A stretch of DNA of 64,000 bases, taken from an uncultured cyanobacterium (lineage in GTDB: Bacteria; Cyanobacteriota; Cyanobacteriia; PCC-9006; JAAUQQ01). The stretch spans positions 3,008,001 through 3,072,000 of the forward strand of contig OY970368.1 of NCBI GenBank assembly GCA_963718615.1, in the 5' to 3' direction. Numbering within the stretch: position 1 is the stretch's first letter; every line of letters starts with the position of its first letter. This document shows, piece after piece, positions 40,269 through 49,969 of this stretch. The position numbers and the translations under genes are program-made. Under the pieces are notes generated by a model. That model ran no database searches, was not told the DNA's origin, and worked only from the letters and a program-made list of their open reading frames with translations.

Positions 40269-41441
40269 TCACGATGAAACTGGCTGCAACAAGACCTTTT
40301 GGATCCTTGGTGCGATCAGGTGCCAATCAAAGTGTTCTACGGCATAGGTTCGACAATCCGCCCGAGAGGGTAGCTGGTCGGGATGGAGCAGTAATTGAAT
40401 CAGGCGATCGCCAATGCCTTTCACACCCTTATTCTCTGTAACTAAATTAACATCAAATGGTCGCAAAACCTCTGGCATTCCACCGACTGGCGTGGAGAGA
40501 ACCGGCGTGCCACTGGCTAGGGATTCCAGCAGAATTAATCCAAAACCTTCAAGGGATTGACTCGGGACTACCGTCAAATCTGCGGCTTGATAGCAGAGGG
40601 GCAGATCTTCGTCCGGCACATAGCCTAAGAATCGAACTTGTTGATTCAATCCCAGTGCTTCAACCTGTTGCTCTAACCTGTGGCGTTGAGGGCCTTTGCC
40701 GGCGATCGCCAACCAGATATCGGGAATTTCTTGCTTCACACCCACTAGGGCTTCAAGCAGTTTATCGATTCCCATGCGTTGGACAAGACGTCGTGGGGTA
40801 AACAGAATGAGGCGATCGCTCGGAAACTGCATTCGAGCACGGGCCTCTGCACGGGAGAGATTAGCTTGAAAATGGCGCGTGTTAATGCCCCCAGGGATAA
40901 CATGGATTTTGTGCCAGGGAACGCCGTATTCGCAATGGAGGATCTGGCCAAAGGCTTGGCTGAGGACAATAAAACGATGGCATTTGCCATAGACCTGTTG
41001 CTCAAACCAACGTTTGGCCTGCACCCCCAACGAGTTTTGAGCTTCCCGCTGGCCTTCAGACGCCCAAGGCCCATGGAATGTAAACGTGATCGGGATGCCT
41101 TCGGGGATCTGATTCAGAATCGGCCAGCTATACAGAGATAAATGAAGATTGACAGCATCGGGGTGCTGAATATGACGATGTTGAAACTGTTGATGGGTCT
41201 GCCAAAGGCGTTGGACCAACGGACTGGTCGCGCAAGCCAGGGAGGTCAGCCAAAATTCAGTCGATTCAAGCGGCTGTTGATGGTGGGCATAACACAACTC
41301 AACTTGTTCTGAGATCGGAGCGAGTTGATGGGTGAGTTCATAAACATAGCGGTTGAGTCCCCCCGGTTGCTCTGGAAACCAACCCATGCCCACACTCAGA
41401 ATTTTGGAGGATGGATTCACAAATTCTCTAAAAAGATTCAA
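40269..41441 (-). CDS. Glycosyltransferase family 4, HepB-like
   Basis: ILSVGMGWFPEQPGGLNRYVYEL, FHGPWA.E, LEGFGL..LESLASGTPV; resembles Anabaena HepB (recalled). TTG/GTG start uncertain. Confidence 0.88.
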   Translation of the reverse strand: MNLFREFVNPSSKILSVGMGWFPEQPGGLNRYVYELTHQLAPISEQVELCYAHHQQPLESTEFWLTSLACATSPLVQRLWQTHQQFQHRHIQHPDAVNLHLSLYSWPILNQIPEGIPITFTFHGPWASEGQREAQNSLGVQAKRWFEQQVYGKCHRFIVLSQAFGQILHCEYGVPWHKIHVIPGGINTRHFQANLSRAEARARMQFPSDRLILFTPRRLVQRMGIDKLLEALVGVKQEIPDIWLAIAGKGPQRHRLEQQVEALGLNQQVRFLGYVPDEDLPLCYQAADLTVVPSQSLEGFGLILLESLASGTPVLSTPVGGMPEVLRPFDVNLVTENKGVKGIGDRLIQLLLHPDQLPSRADCRTYAVEHFDWHLIAPRIQKVLLQPVSS

Positions 41442-41506
41442 TCGACGATAAGCAGACTGGCCGATGGCTCCAGCCCCTTCAGTGATTTCACACTTTTTAA
41501 GAAGAA

Positions 41507-41512
41507 TCAGGA
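41507..41512 (-). promoter_or_regulatory. DIF1-like TCCTGA element upstream of the hepB-like gene
   Basis: Minus strand reads TCCTGA-N17-GAAAT, 66 bp before the start. Confidence 0.45.
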
Positions 41513-41661
41513 TTGTTCTGCTACATTGCGTGACTACGGTTAAGGAAATAGAGCCGACAGGGAGAAAAGCGATCGCCCAGTCTGGGCACTGCGATCAAAA
41601 CAGTCCATAACAAAAACAGTCTATTCACTGATGGGGCGATCGCTTAGGTTTAAGCCTGAAT

Positions 41662-41835
41662 TTATTCTTCCATTTGCGTCAGTTGGCTTTCTACCGTATT
41701 GATCGCCGCATTCAACGCCGCCAAACGGGTTTCAAGGTTATCCCGCATCATTTTTAGAAAGGAAAGCTTACGCTCTTGCTGCTGTTTGCGAGAGGGTGTT
41801 TCGGAACAGCCGCAGGGAAAGAATGGAAAAAACAT
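41662..41835 (-). CDS. Small 57-aa coiled-coil protein, not in the ORF track
   Basis: MFFPFFPCGCSETPSRKQQQERKLSFLKMMRDNLETRLAALNAAINTVESQLTQMEE; clear heptad pattern, co-oriented just downstream of aat. Confidence 0.75.
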   Translation of the reverse strand: MFFPFFPCGCSETPSRKQQQERKLSFLKMMRDNLETRLAALNAAINTVESQLTQMEE

Positions 41836-41902
41836 AGGAATTCGCGTCTGGGTTAAGGGACCTTCTTTAAGCTTAGCGAGATTTTTTGAGAACTACCGGT
41901 CG

Positions 41903-42508
41903 CTAAACAACCTGGTCCAAGTTGTCTATTTCTAGGCTGCAGTCTTGGGTGAGCGCTTCCCGTAAAAGGACGGCATATTCACGATCGCTAATGACATAGG
42001 CCCCAAATCGCTCCAGGTGGGGATTGGTCATCTGAGCATCAAAGAGCACAAAATCCTGAGCCCGTAGACGATTGACCAGCTCGACCATGGCTACCTTAGA
42101 CCCCTCAGGAACGCTAAAAAACATCGACTCCCCAATAAAAGCCCCGCCGATGACAATGCCCAAAATACCGCCTGCTAGGCGATCGCCCTGCCAGGTTTCA
42201 AAACTATAGGCCCAGCCCTCTCGGTAGAGCAAATGATAAATAGCCTTGAGTTCCTCTGAGATCCAAGTGACTTCTCGATTGGCACAGCCCTCCACCACCG
42301 CTTCAAAATCACGGTTAATAGCCACCTCAAACCGCTGTTGGTTGAGGACCCTCTGGAGGGATTTCGGATAGCGAAAGCGATCGTCCAAGGGAATAATGGC
42401 GCGTTTACGGCTGGTATACCAACCCAGGCTGCCATCTTCTTCATCGGCCATGAGAAAGTATCCCTGGGCATAGCCTTCAATAATTTGGGTTGCGCTGGTC
42501 TCTATCAC
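41903..42508 (-). CDS. aat: Leucyl/phenylalanyl-tRNA--protein transferase
   Basis: GYAQGYFLMA, TWIS, GGAFIGESMF, SKVAM, FDAQ..NPHL.RFGA. Confidence 0.95.
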   Translation of the reverse strand: MIETSATQIIEGYAQGYFLMADEEDGSLGWYTSRKRAIIPLDDRFRYPKSLQRVLNQQRFEVAINRDFEAVVEGCANREVTWISEELKAIYHLLYREGWAYSFETWQGDRLAGGILGIVIGGAFIGESMFFSVPEGSKVAMVELVNRLRAQDFVLFDAQMTNPHLERFGAYVISDREYAVLLREALTQDCSLEIDNLDQVV

Positions 42509-42808
42509 GGTTAGTGTTTAGGAGGTCTAGGCAGTCTGGATCAGCATCCTGGCCCTTGGCATGGAATCGGCATGTAACTGCCATGCAATCCACATGAGAC
42601 AAGGGAAAACCGGTCAAAAATTGGGGGAGCCCCCCAGTGCAATCCAATCTGTTCCGTATTGCGTCTATTTTGCGCTGGAACGGTACAAAATAGCCACCCG
42701 TTGCAGAGGATTAAGCGTAGCCAAGGGAACTTAGTCCCGCTGAATCTTCAGGCTAAAATAGTAGCAATTGTAAAGAGCAGCACGCTGTGTCTAAGGAGTT
42801 TTCTGTTC

Positions 42809-43138
42809 ATGGCAGAACCGATCCCGCCAGTGACCTTGCCCCCCTCAGAGGATCTGCTTCAAGAAGGGGCATGGTTAACAGATGCGCTACAACGCTGGCT
42901 CGATCGTCAGTTTATCCCCGAGGACGTGAACCGCAAAATTGCCCAACGCGCTTCCCAAGTCTATGTGCGGCAGCGGATGGAAGGGGAAGATGACTTAGGT
43001 TCAATCGTGATCGCCATAGTCGTAGAGATGCGATCCTTCGATTTTTCCAATAGCTTTTTTGGCGAATTTTCTGTAGCCAACTCGGTCAGCGAATTGCTGA
43101 TGGATCGCTTGGGAATTCAGCCCTGTTGCGAAGGTTAA
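42809..43138 (+). CDS. Conserved hypothetical cyanobacterial protein
   Basis: MAEPIPPVTLPP...WLD..FIPE..N..IA.RA..YVRQRMEGE.D; AAGGAG RBS upstream. Confidence 0.8.
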   Translation: MAEPIPPVTLPPSEDLLQEGAWLTDALQRWLDRQFIPEDVNRKIAQRASQVYVRQRMEGEDDLGSIVIAIVVEMRSFDFSNSFFGEFSVANSVSELLMDRLGIQPCCEG

Positions 43139-43203
43139 TGGCAAAGGCAAAGGTAAAGACTAAGGGGAGCTAGAAACCCAACCCCCCTCAACGTTCAAGC
43201 CAA

Positions 43204-43506
43204 TTACCAGCTCGATTTGACTACGCCAGGCAGCAAACCGGCGTGGGCCTTTTCCCGAAGCTGGTTGCGACACAGACCAAAATCCCGGTAGTAGCCACGG
43301 GGACGACCCGTTGCCCAGCAGCGATTTCTAACTCGCGTGGGCGAGCTGTTCCGGGGAAGCTGCTGAAGCTTCCGGTGAATCTCCAGCTTTTCCTTTTGAT
43401 TCGTTGCGTTTTCAAACTCTTCCTTTAGCGCTTTGCGCTTATCCGCATACCGGGCGACAAGTTCTTTACGCTTCTCGTCCCGTGCGATCATGGATTTCTT
43501 GGCCAT
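43204..43506 (-). CDS. rpsN: 30S ribosomal protein S14
   Basis: [10 protein letters not shown]...[27 protein letters not shown]...LPGVVKSSW. Confidence 0.98.
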   Translation of the reverse strand: MAKKSMIARDEKRKELVARYADKRKALKEEFENATNQKEKLEIHRKLQQLPRNSSPTRVRNRCWATGRPRGYYRDFGLCRNQLREKAHAGLLPGVVKSSW

Positions 43507-43568
43507 GAATTGCCCCGGTCCCTTAGTAGTTCGTTTAGACAGCGTTTTCCATGATAGCTCAAAAAGGG

Positions 43569-45761
43569 TCAGGTGTCTGGATGGATTTGCTCTTTTGGGT
43601 GCTCTTTTTGGGGGTGGTCATTCATTGCTGCTTCGGCAGGGGTGAGAGCACTGTGAACCTGTTCCTGGAAAACATCAAGGTCAAGCCAGAACGTTGTTCC
43701 CACGCCGACTTCGCTGACCAAATGCATTTTGCTGCGGTGGCGATCGACAATATTGCGCACGATCGAAAGACCCAGTCCCGTGCCTTCCAAGGTATGGACG
43801 CGGTTCTCAACCCGAAAGAAGCGATCGAAAATGGCTTCTTGGTCTTCGGGGTCGATGCCAATGCCGGTATCAGAAATCTCGATCCGCACCTTTTGCAGTT
43901 CTACGCTAGAGGCCGCATGCCCCTGTAAGGTGAAAATTTGGGGGGCGAGGGAATAGGCGCGCAGCACGACCCGCCCGCCTGCGCTGGTGAATTTGAGGGA
44001 GTTGCCTACCAGGTTCGTGAGGACTTGCAAAATCAAATCGTAGTTGCCATAAACCAACGGCAGCTGATCGGCAGCTTCGTGGGTCATTTCAATGCCTTTA
44101 TCCTTGGCATTGAGCCGGTGGGTCCGCAGGGTTTGGTCGATGGCTTGGCCAATATCAACGGCATCAAAATGATAGCTGCGGTTAGACTCTAGGCGGGATA
44201 GGTCAAGAACATCGTTGACGAGACGAGCGAGGCGGTCGGTTTCGCTGTTGGCAGTCGCTAAAAACTCCTGTCGTTCGGTATCCGACAATTCATCCCCGTA
44301 GTCATGGAGCGTCTCAATGAAGGACTTGATATTAAACAGGGGGGTCCGCAGTTCGTGGGAGACGTTGCTAATAAACTGGCTTTTCGCTTCGTTGAGTTCC
44401 GCCTCGCGGGTGACATCTTGAACCGTAATGGCGATGCCTTTGACGGTCGATAGGTTTTGGTCAGACACCTTGGATAACAAAATTCGCAGCGTCCGGCGAA
44501 TGGGTTCTTCGAGGCTGAGACGAAGCTCGGTGGCTTCGCGGGATGTCTCCAGCAGTTCGCTGGCGCTGGCTGGGTTCAGCAGGTGAAGCTGGGTATCGAT
44601 ATCAACATGATGACGGTTGTCAAACCTAGCGCTACTGGCTTCAAAACCGCTTAATTCGACGGCGGATGGCGCGGATGTGGAGGTGAGGGCGAGGGAGGGG
44701 GCGATCGCATCCATGCCTTCCGGGGAAAGCCCCTCTTGCAAGAGCCGCGCGAGGGGTTCGCTAAGTTCTAGCCGCAGGCTATGGGGCAAATTCGGCAGGA
44801 GGCTTTCTCCAGAAACCTCAATGCCTTGCCAGTTAAACAGTCGCCGAGCCGTGGGGTTGGCGAGTAAGACTCGGAGATCGGTGTCGACTAGAACGGCACC
44901 GTCGGCAATGGTGCTCATGAGGGTTTCGAGCTTGGCTTTTTCGGCGGTGAGCTCTTCGATATTTTGGGCGTCGTAGCATTCGAGGCGATCGCCCATCTCA
45001 TTAAAACTGCGAATCAGCTCCCCCAGCTCTCCGCCAAAGGGCAAATTAATCCGCTGCTTGAAATTCCCCTCCGCAATACTTTTGACCCCCTCGGACAGTT
45101 CCTTGATCGGTCGGGTAATGGTCAGGGCATTGATGACCGCACCGAGAATCACCATGGCCCAAATGGCGATGAAGACGGCGATCGTCACGTCGCGAGTGAT
45201 GTGGGAGGAGGTGACAACAATGGCATTGGGGTTGATGCCAATGGCTAAAATTCCAAGATACTTGCCCTCGTGAATTAGCGGCACAAACACATCCGTGACT
45301 TCACCGTAGGGGGTTTTGTGTTGCCGCACCATGGGAATATCGGTGTTCTTCTGGAAATTTTCTGGTAGCTGAATCCGGCGTTCAATGGTTAACGAGTTTT
45401 GGACCTCAGAGCGAGAAAAGGGAATTCCCAGAAAAATTTCCCCATCTTCGTCCGCATAGATGAGATAGCGAATGCTGGTGGTGTTGTTGTAGAACCGATA
45501 GGAAAACTTGGCGACTTCGGCCAGATCCTCTTCCGCGAGCAGAGGGGCTACGTTTGTAGAGAGCAGAAGCCCTAGGTCACGACCAAAGCGGGTGTCGTTC
45601 ATGCGGGCATCCTGCTGGATGCTGTTCACGGCCCAAAACGTTAGCCCAGTGGTCATGAGCGAAACAATGAGCGTCGCCAGAACCATGAGCTTGGTTTGCA
45701 GCGTAAATTCCGACCACCAGCGGTCAAACCGAGCTTTGAGCTGTCTCAGGAGCGCTAGCAT
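43569..45761 (-). CDS. nblS: Sensor histidine kinase NblS/Hik33/DspA (TM-HAMP-PAS-HisKA-HATPase)
   Basis: [54 protein letters not shown]; downstream of purD. Start set at MLALLRQ. Confidence 0.94.
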   Translation of the reverse strand: MLALLRQLKARFDRWWSEFTLQTKLMVLATLIVSLMTTGLTFWAVNSIQQDARMNDTRFGRDLGLLLSTNVAPLLAEEDLAEVAKFSYRFYNNTTSIRYLIYADEDGEIFLGIPFSRSEVQNSLTIERRIQLPENFQKNTDIPMVRQHKTPYGEVTDVFVPLIHEGKYLGILAIGINPNAIVVTSSHITRDVTIAVFIAIWAMVILGAVINALTITRPIKELSEGVKSIAEGNFKQRINLPFGGELGELIRSFNEMGDRLECYDAQNIEELTAEKAKLETLMSTIADGAVLVDTDLRVLLANPTARRLFNWQGIEVSGESLLPNLPHSLRLELSEPLARLLQEGLSPEGMDAIAPSLALTSTSAPSAVELSGFEASSARFDNRHHVDIDTQLHLLNPASASELLETSREATELRLSLEEPIRRTLRILLSKVSDQNLSTVKGIAITVQDVTREAELNEAKSQFISNVSHELRTPLFNIKSFIETLHDYGDELSDTERQEFLATANSETDRLARLVNDVLDLSRLESNRSYHFDAVDIGQAIDQTLRTHRLNAKDKGIEMTHEAADQLPLVYGNYDLILQVLTNLVGNSLKFTSAGGRVVLRAYSLAPQIFTLQGHAASSVELQKVRIEISDTGIGIDPEDQEAIFDRFFRVENRVHTLEGTGLGLSIVRNIVDRHRSKMHLVSEVGVGTTFWLDLDVFQEQVHSALTPAEAAMNDHPQKEHPKEQIHPDT

Positions 45762-45819
45762 GCCAGGAGTCCCAATTGCTTCTGAATCCTTGTCGTTTCC
45801 CGCATTTCCGTTTCCCGCA

Positions 45820-47100
45820 TTATTGAGCAACTCGGACTTGATAGCCAATATCGCGGCGATAGTAGCAGTCGTCAAACTGGATTTGGGCGATCGCCCCATA
45901 GGCTGCATCAAAGGCCTGGTCAAAGGTCTCCGCCACTTGGGTCACGGCTAAGACCCGACCGCCTGCCGTCAAGATTTGGCCCTTGTCTTCCTGGGTTCCG
46001 GCATGAAACACCTGAGCCCCTTGGGCTTCAGCGGCGGCAATGCCCTGAATTGCATCACCCTTGCGATAGTCACCGGGATAGCCCCCGGCGGCAGCAACGA
46101 CACAGGCCGAGACCCCAGGCTTCCATTCTAGGGGGGGCATTTCTCCAAGGCACTGGTCTACACAGGCCAAGAGCACCTCAACTAAGGGGGTTTCCAATAA
46201 TGGCAACAGGGCTTGGGTTTCCGGATCGCCAAACCGGCAGTTGAATTCAATCACTTGGGGGTCGCCCTCGGGGGTGATCATCAGTCCGGCGTAGAGGATG
46301 CCCCGATAGTCGATACCCCGTTGTTTGAGGGTGGCGATCGTGGGTTCCAAGACTTCGGTTTGAATCCGCTGGAGCAATGCTGGCGTCACCAACGGGGCCG
46401 GGGCATAGGCTCCCATGCCACCCGTATTGGGTCCCGTGTCCCCTTCGCCAATGCGTTTGTGGTCCTGGGCTGGGGCGAGGGGGCGAATGGTTTTGCCATC
46501 GGTAAACGCTAGGACAGAGGCCTCAGCCCCCTGGAGACAGTCTTCGATCACCACGAGTTGACCGGCTGTGCCGAAAATTCCAGAAAAGGCAGCGTCGATA
46601 GCCGCTTCGGCTTCTTCAATAGTGGCAGCGACGGTGACGCCCTTGCCAGCCGCTAGGCCATCGGCTTTGATCACAATGGGCGCGCCCTGTTCGCGCACGT
46701 AGGATTTGGCGGCCTGGGCCACCTGAAACACCTTGGAGGCAGCGGTGGGGACCTGGGCTTCCATCATCAGGGCCTTGGCCCAGGCTTTGCTGGCTTCGAT
46801 TTGGGCTCCGGCTCGGCTGGGACCGAACACTGCTAAACCCCGTTCCTGGAGGAAATCGGTAATGCCCTGGGCAAGGGGGACTTCGGGACCCACAACGACT
46901 AAGGCGACGTCATGATCCTTAGCGGTTTGGGCGATCGCCTCAAACTCCGTCACGCCAATGTTCCAGTTGGTGCAGCGTGGCAGCGTGGCTGTCCCCCCAT
47001 TGCCGGGAGCGCAAAAGACTTGTTTGACTTGGGGAGATCGCAACAGGGACCAGGCGAGGGCATGTTCCCGCCCGCCGTTTCCAACCACTAAAACGTTCAC
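45820..47100 (-). CDS. purD: Phosphoribosylamine--glycine ligase
   Basis: VVGNGGREHALAW, KADGLAAGKGV, QDHKR..EGDTGPNTGGMGAY, EFNCRFGDPE; GTG start. Confidence 0.97.
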   Translation of the reverse strand: MNVLVVGNGGREHALAWSLLRSPQVKQVFCAPGNGGTATLPRCTNWNIGVTEFEAIAQTAKDHDVALVVVGPEVPLAQGITDFLQERGLAVFGPSRAGAQIEASKAWAKALMMEAQVPTAASKVFQVAQAAKSYVREQGAPIVIKADGLAAGKGVTVAATIEEAEAAIDAAFSGIFGTAGQLVVIEDCLQGAEASVLAFTDGKTIRPLAPAQDHKRIGEGDTGPNTGGMGAYAPAPLVTPALLQRIQTEVLEPTIATLKQRGIDYRGILYAGLMITPEGDPQVIEFNCRFGDPETQALLPLLETPLVEVLLACVDQCLGEMPPLEWKPGVSACVVAAAGGYPGDYRKGDAIQGIAAAEAQGAQVFHAGTQEDKGQILTAGGRVLAVTQVAETFDQAFDAAYGAIAQIQFDDCYYRRDIGYQVRVAQ

Positions 47101-47216
47101 GCTGAGTTTGCCTTTGTAGAGAAAATGGGAAATAGCGTCATTATCCCATAGTCTTTCGGAGGGCCTGGGCAACCTTATGGCGGCTTAAGAAGTTGAAAAC
47201 AGAGCGAAACATCGAT

Positions 47217-48554
47217 ATGAAAAGTTTGGCTTGGATTTGGGTTTTGGGCTTGGCTGGATGGCCAGGTATGCGGCTGTTGGCCCAGGAAGCTCCGGCGATC
47301 GCCCCTCCTCCTCCCAATATTCCAACCCTTCCCACCGAGGTCGGACCGCCAGATGTCGCAATTCCCGAGGCTATCCCTAAACCCGTCAAACGGGAACCCA
47401 ACACCCTCACCCCCGACCCCAAGGATCCCCTCCTGCCGCCTAAGACCGGCAAGGGACCGTTGGCCCCCGAGGGTCAGCAACGGGTAAGGCTAGCGGCGGC
47501 CCAGCTCGACCAGGAAGCCCAAACGGCCTATGCCCAAGGCGATCGCCCCAAGGCTTACCAACTTTGGTTCCGCGCCCTGCGGTTGCTTCAATACAGCGGT
47601 GACGTCAATGAAGAAATCGTCGCCCTCGGTCGGGTGGGAGAAAAGGCTTGGGCTGAGGGGCTAGCCCCAGAATCCCAGGCGATCGCCCAGCGTCTTCTCA
47701 TCCTCGACGCCCAAGTCAACCCCCAAACCAAAGCCGCAGCCCCGACGACTGAGCTGTTGGAGCAAACCCTCATAACCCAGGAAAAATTGGCCTTTGCCCA
47801 TGAACAGGTGGGGGCGATCGATCCAGCGATCGCTCGCTACGAATACCTCTTGGCCCGTTCCCGCGAACTCAAACGAGACGAGGACCAAGCCCGCTGGACC
47901 GGCAAACTGGCTCAGCTCAATCTCGATCGCTTCCGCTATCCCGACGCCGAAGCCTACACCCAAGACCAGCTTGCCGTTCTGCGTCGCCAGCCCCCCTTTG
48001 TGCAAAAACAGCCCGCAACCTCTGCCGAAGAAACCCGACTACTTCAGCAATTGGCCTATATCCAGGAGCAAAACCGTCAGTGGGAAGCGGCGATCGCCAC
48101 CCAGCAATCCTTGCTCAGCCGCTATCAGGATCCGGTCCTGGAATTGCCCAAGCGGCCTGCTTTGATGGTGGCGATCGCCACAAACCAAGAAAAAGCCGGT
48201 CAGCTCACCGCCGCCAGCCAAACCTACCAAGACGCCTATAAAGCCGCCCAGGCCCTCCTCCAGTTCGGCGTTTCCCACGAAGCCCTAGCCCGCCTCGGCC
48301 AGCTCTACCAGCGGCAAAACCAGGTGGAGGATGCCTTAACGGTGTACAACGTCTTGCGTCGGGTGGACGAGCTCTCCTACGACCTGTTTGGCCTTATGAC
48401 CACCCATGAGCAAATGGCCAACATTTACGAAAGCCAAGGAAATTTACCCCAGGCGCGCCAAGCCCTCCAACAGGCCCTCCACCTCGCCCGTCAGCTCAAT
48501 TATCGAGAAGCCGAAGTCGCCCAAAAGCTAGCAGCCCTGCCTACAGAAGAATAG
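47217..48554 (+). CDS. Secreted/periplasmic TPR protein
   Basis: Signal peptide, Pro-rich linker with DPLLP, several TPR-like helices. Confidence 0.8.
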   Translation: MKSLAWIWVLGLAGWPGMRLLAQEAPAIAPPPPNIPTLPTEVGPPDVAIPEAIPKPVKREPNTLTPDPKDPLLPPKTGKGPLAPEGQQRVRLAAAQLDQEAQTAYAQGDRPKAYQLWFRALRLLQYSGDVNEEIVALGRVGEKAWAEGLAPESQAIAQRLLILDAQVNPQTKAAAPTTELLEQTLITQEKLAFAHEQVGAIDPAIARYEYLLARSRELKRDEDQARWTGKLAQLNLDRFRYPDAEAYTQDQLAVLRRQPPFVQKQPATSAEETRLLQQLAYIQEQNRQWEAAIATQQSLLSRYQDPVLELPKRPALMVAIATNQEKAGQLTAASQTYQDAYKAAQALLQFGVSHEALARLGQLYQRQNQVEDALTVYNVLRRVDELSYDLFGLMTTHEQMANIYESQGNLPQARQALQQALHLARQLNYREAEVAQKLAALPTEE

Positions 48555-48600
48555 ACAGGGTAAAAAATAGCTTAAAAGAATAGGCGACAAGCCTGTGCGA

Positions 48601-48825
48601 CTAGCCAATTCCCAGCTGGTTGCGGCTTTTTGAAAGTTGTTTCCAGAGGGATTCGATCGCCTGAAAAGATTCCTCCGGCGAAAGCTTACCTCCGTTTTCT
48701 AACCCAGCGATGTAGCTAACGCGCTGGGCAAATTCCTGCAAATTGGCATCAAAAACAATGCCTTGAGGCGTTGCTGCGCCCTGATAGGAGCGGTATGGAT
48801 AGAGAAAGTCGTTGGCGGTTGTCAT
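48601..48825 (-). CDS. Conserved small cyanobacterial hypothetical protein
   Basis: FLYP..SYQG..TP...VFDANLQEFAQRVSYI..LE..GK.SPEE....I..LWKQL..S, a widespread cyanobacterial motif (recalled). Confidence 0.85.
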   Translation of the reverse strand: MTTANDFLYPYRSYQGAATPQGIVFDANLQEFAQRVSYIAGLENGGKLSPEESFQAIESLWKQLSKSRNQLGIG

Positions 48826-48864
48826 CGAGTCCCCCCCGAAATTGCCACAGATTGCGATGCGCAA

Positions 48865-48894
48865 ATTAACCTTACCTTAACCCAGGCTTAACCT
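48865..48894 (+). promoter_or_regulatory. Cyanobacterial Pho box (SphR/PhoB site), three repeats
   Basis: ATTAACCT-tac-CTTAACCC-agg-CTTAACCT: three CTTAACCT-type octamers with 3-bp linkers. Confidence 0.75.
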
Positions 48895-49011
48895 AAACGC
48901 CAGTCTCACTCGCCACAGATTGTTGATTTTTAGCTTTTTTTAAAACTTTCCTTCCTGATCTTGAGGATTCAAGTACAGGAAAGTACTTTCCCCATTTTCT
49001 CTTTGGTTTTT

Positions 49012-49053
49012 GGGCTTCGGTTCGTGGGCTTCGGTTTGTGGGCTTCGGTTTAT
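49012..49053. repeat. 14-bp tandem repeat x3 (GGGCTTCGGTTYRT)
   Basis: gggcttcggttcgt/gggcttcggtttgt/gggcttcggtttat upstream of purC. Confidence 0.85.
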
Positions 49054-49105
49054 GGGGGTTCCAGGACCGATAAGATTGGAAAGCGAATCATTTTGGTGCT
49101 CAACG

Positions 49106-49831
49106 ATGACGTCCCCTCAGCCGCTTTACGAAGGCAAGGCCAAAATTATTTATCCCACGGATGATCCCCAGGTCCTGCGGGCCTATTACAAAGACGATGC
49201 CACGGCCTTCAACGCCCAAAAGCGCGGCACCATCACAGGCAAAGGTGCAATCAACTGTACGGTTTCTAGCTATCTCTTCCAAACCCTCGCCGCCGCAGGC
49301 ATTTCAACCCATTGGCAGGGACAGCCCTCTGAGCGAGAAATGCTGGTCAGCGCGGTCAAAATTATTCCTCTAGAGGTGGTTGTCAGGAACATTGCAGCGG
49401 GGAGTCTCTGTCAACAAACAGGTATTCCCTTCGGTACGGTTTTGGAGACGCCCCTCGTGGATTTCTATTACAAGGATGATGCGCTTGGGGATCCCCTCTT
49501 AACCCCAGCCCGGATCCAACTGCTGCAGGTGGCAACACCAACACAGGTGGATCAACTGACGCAAATGTCCTTGACCGTGAACCAGCAGCTCAGCCAATTT
49601 TTCCGAGACTGTGACATTACGCTCGTCGATTTCAAGCTGGAGTATGGCCTGGATACTTCGGGCCAAATTCTTCTAGCAGACGAAATCAGTCCCGACACCT
49701 GCCGTCTCTGGGACTTGCAAGAACCGGATCCAGAGCGTCGTGTGATGGATAAGGATCGGTTTCGCAAGGATCTCGGACAGGTGGAAGAGGCTTATCAGCG
49801 CGTTTTAGAGCGGGTTCTGGCCCACTGTTAG
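49106..49831 (+). CDS. purC: SAICAR synthase
   Basis: LYEGKAK, KDDATAFNA, IPLEVVVRNIAAGS, DFKLEYG, LADEISPDTCRLWD. Confidence 0.97.
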   Translation: MTSPQPLYEGKAKIIYPTDDPQVLRAYYKDDATAFNAQKRGTITGKGAINCTVSSYLFQTLAAAGISTHWQGQPSEREMLVSAVKIIPLEVVVRNIAAGSLCQQTGIPFGTVLETPLVDFYYKDDALGDPLLTPARIQLLQVATPTQVDQLTQMSLTVNQQLSQFFRDCDITLVDFKLEYGLDTSGQILLADEISPDTCRLWDLQEPDPERRVMDKDRFRKDLGQVEEAYQRVLERVLAHC

Positions 49832-49969
49832 TGCTGGCTGTGGGATGGGTTAAGATGATTCCGATTTGACGGACCGGCTATATCGGGCTGAGGGTATTGT
49901 ACGAAAGCCGTATGGTACTCAATGCTCTGAAAGGGTTGGTTGCTGTGGTGTGGAGATGTGCATAAAACT

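Noticed and set aside
45762-45923. N-terminal extension of NblS overlapping purD
   Set aside because: It overlaps the purD 3' end in another frame; conserved NblS sequence starts at MLALLRQ (45761).
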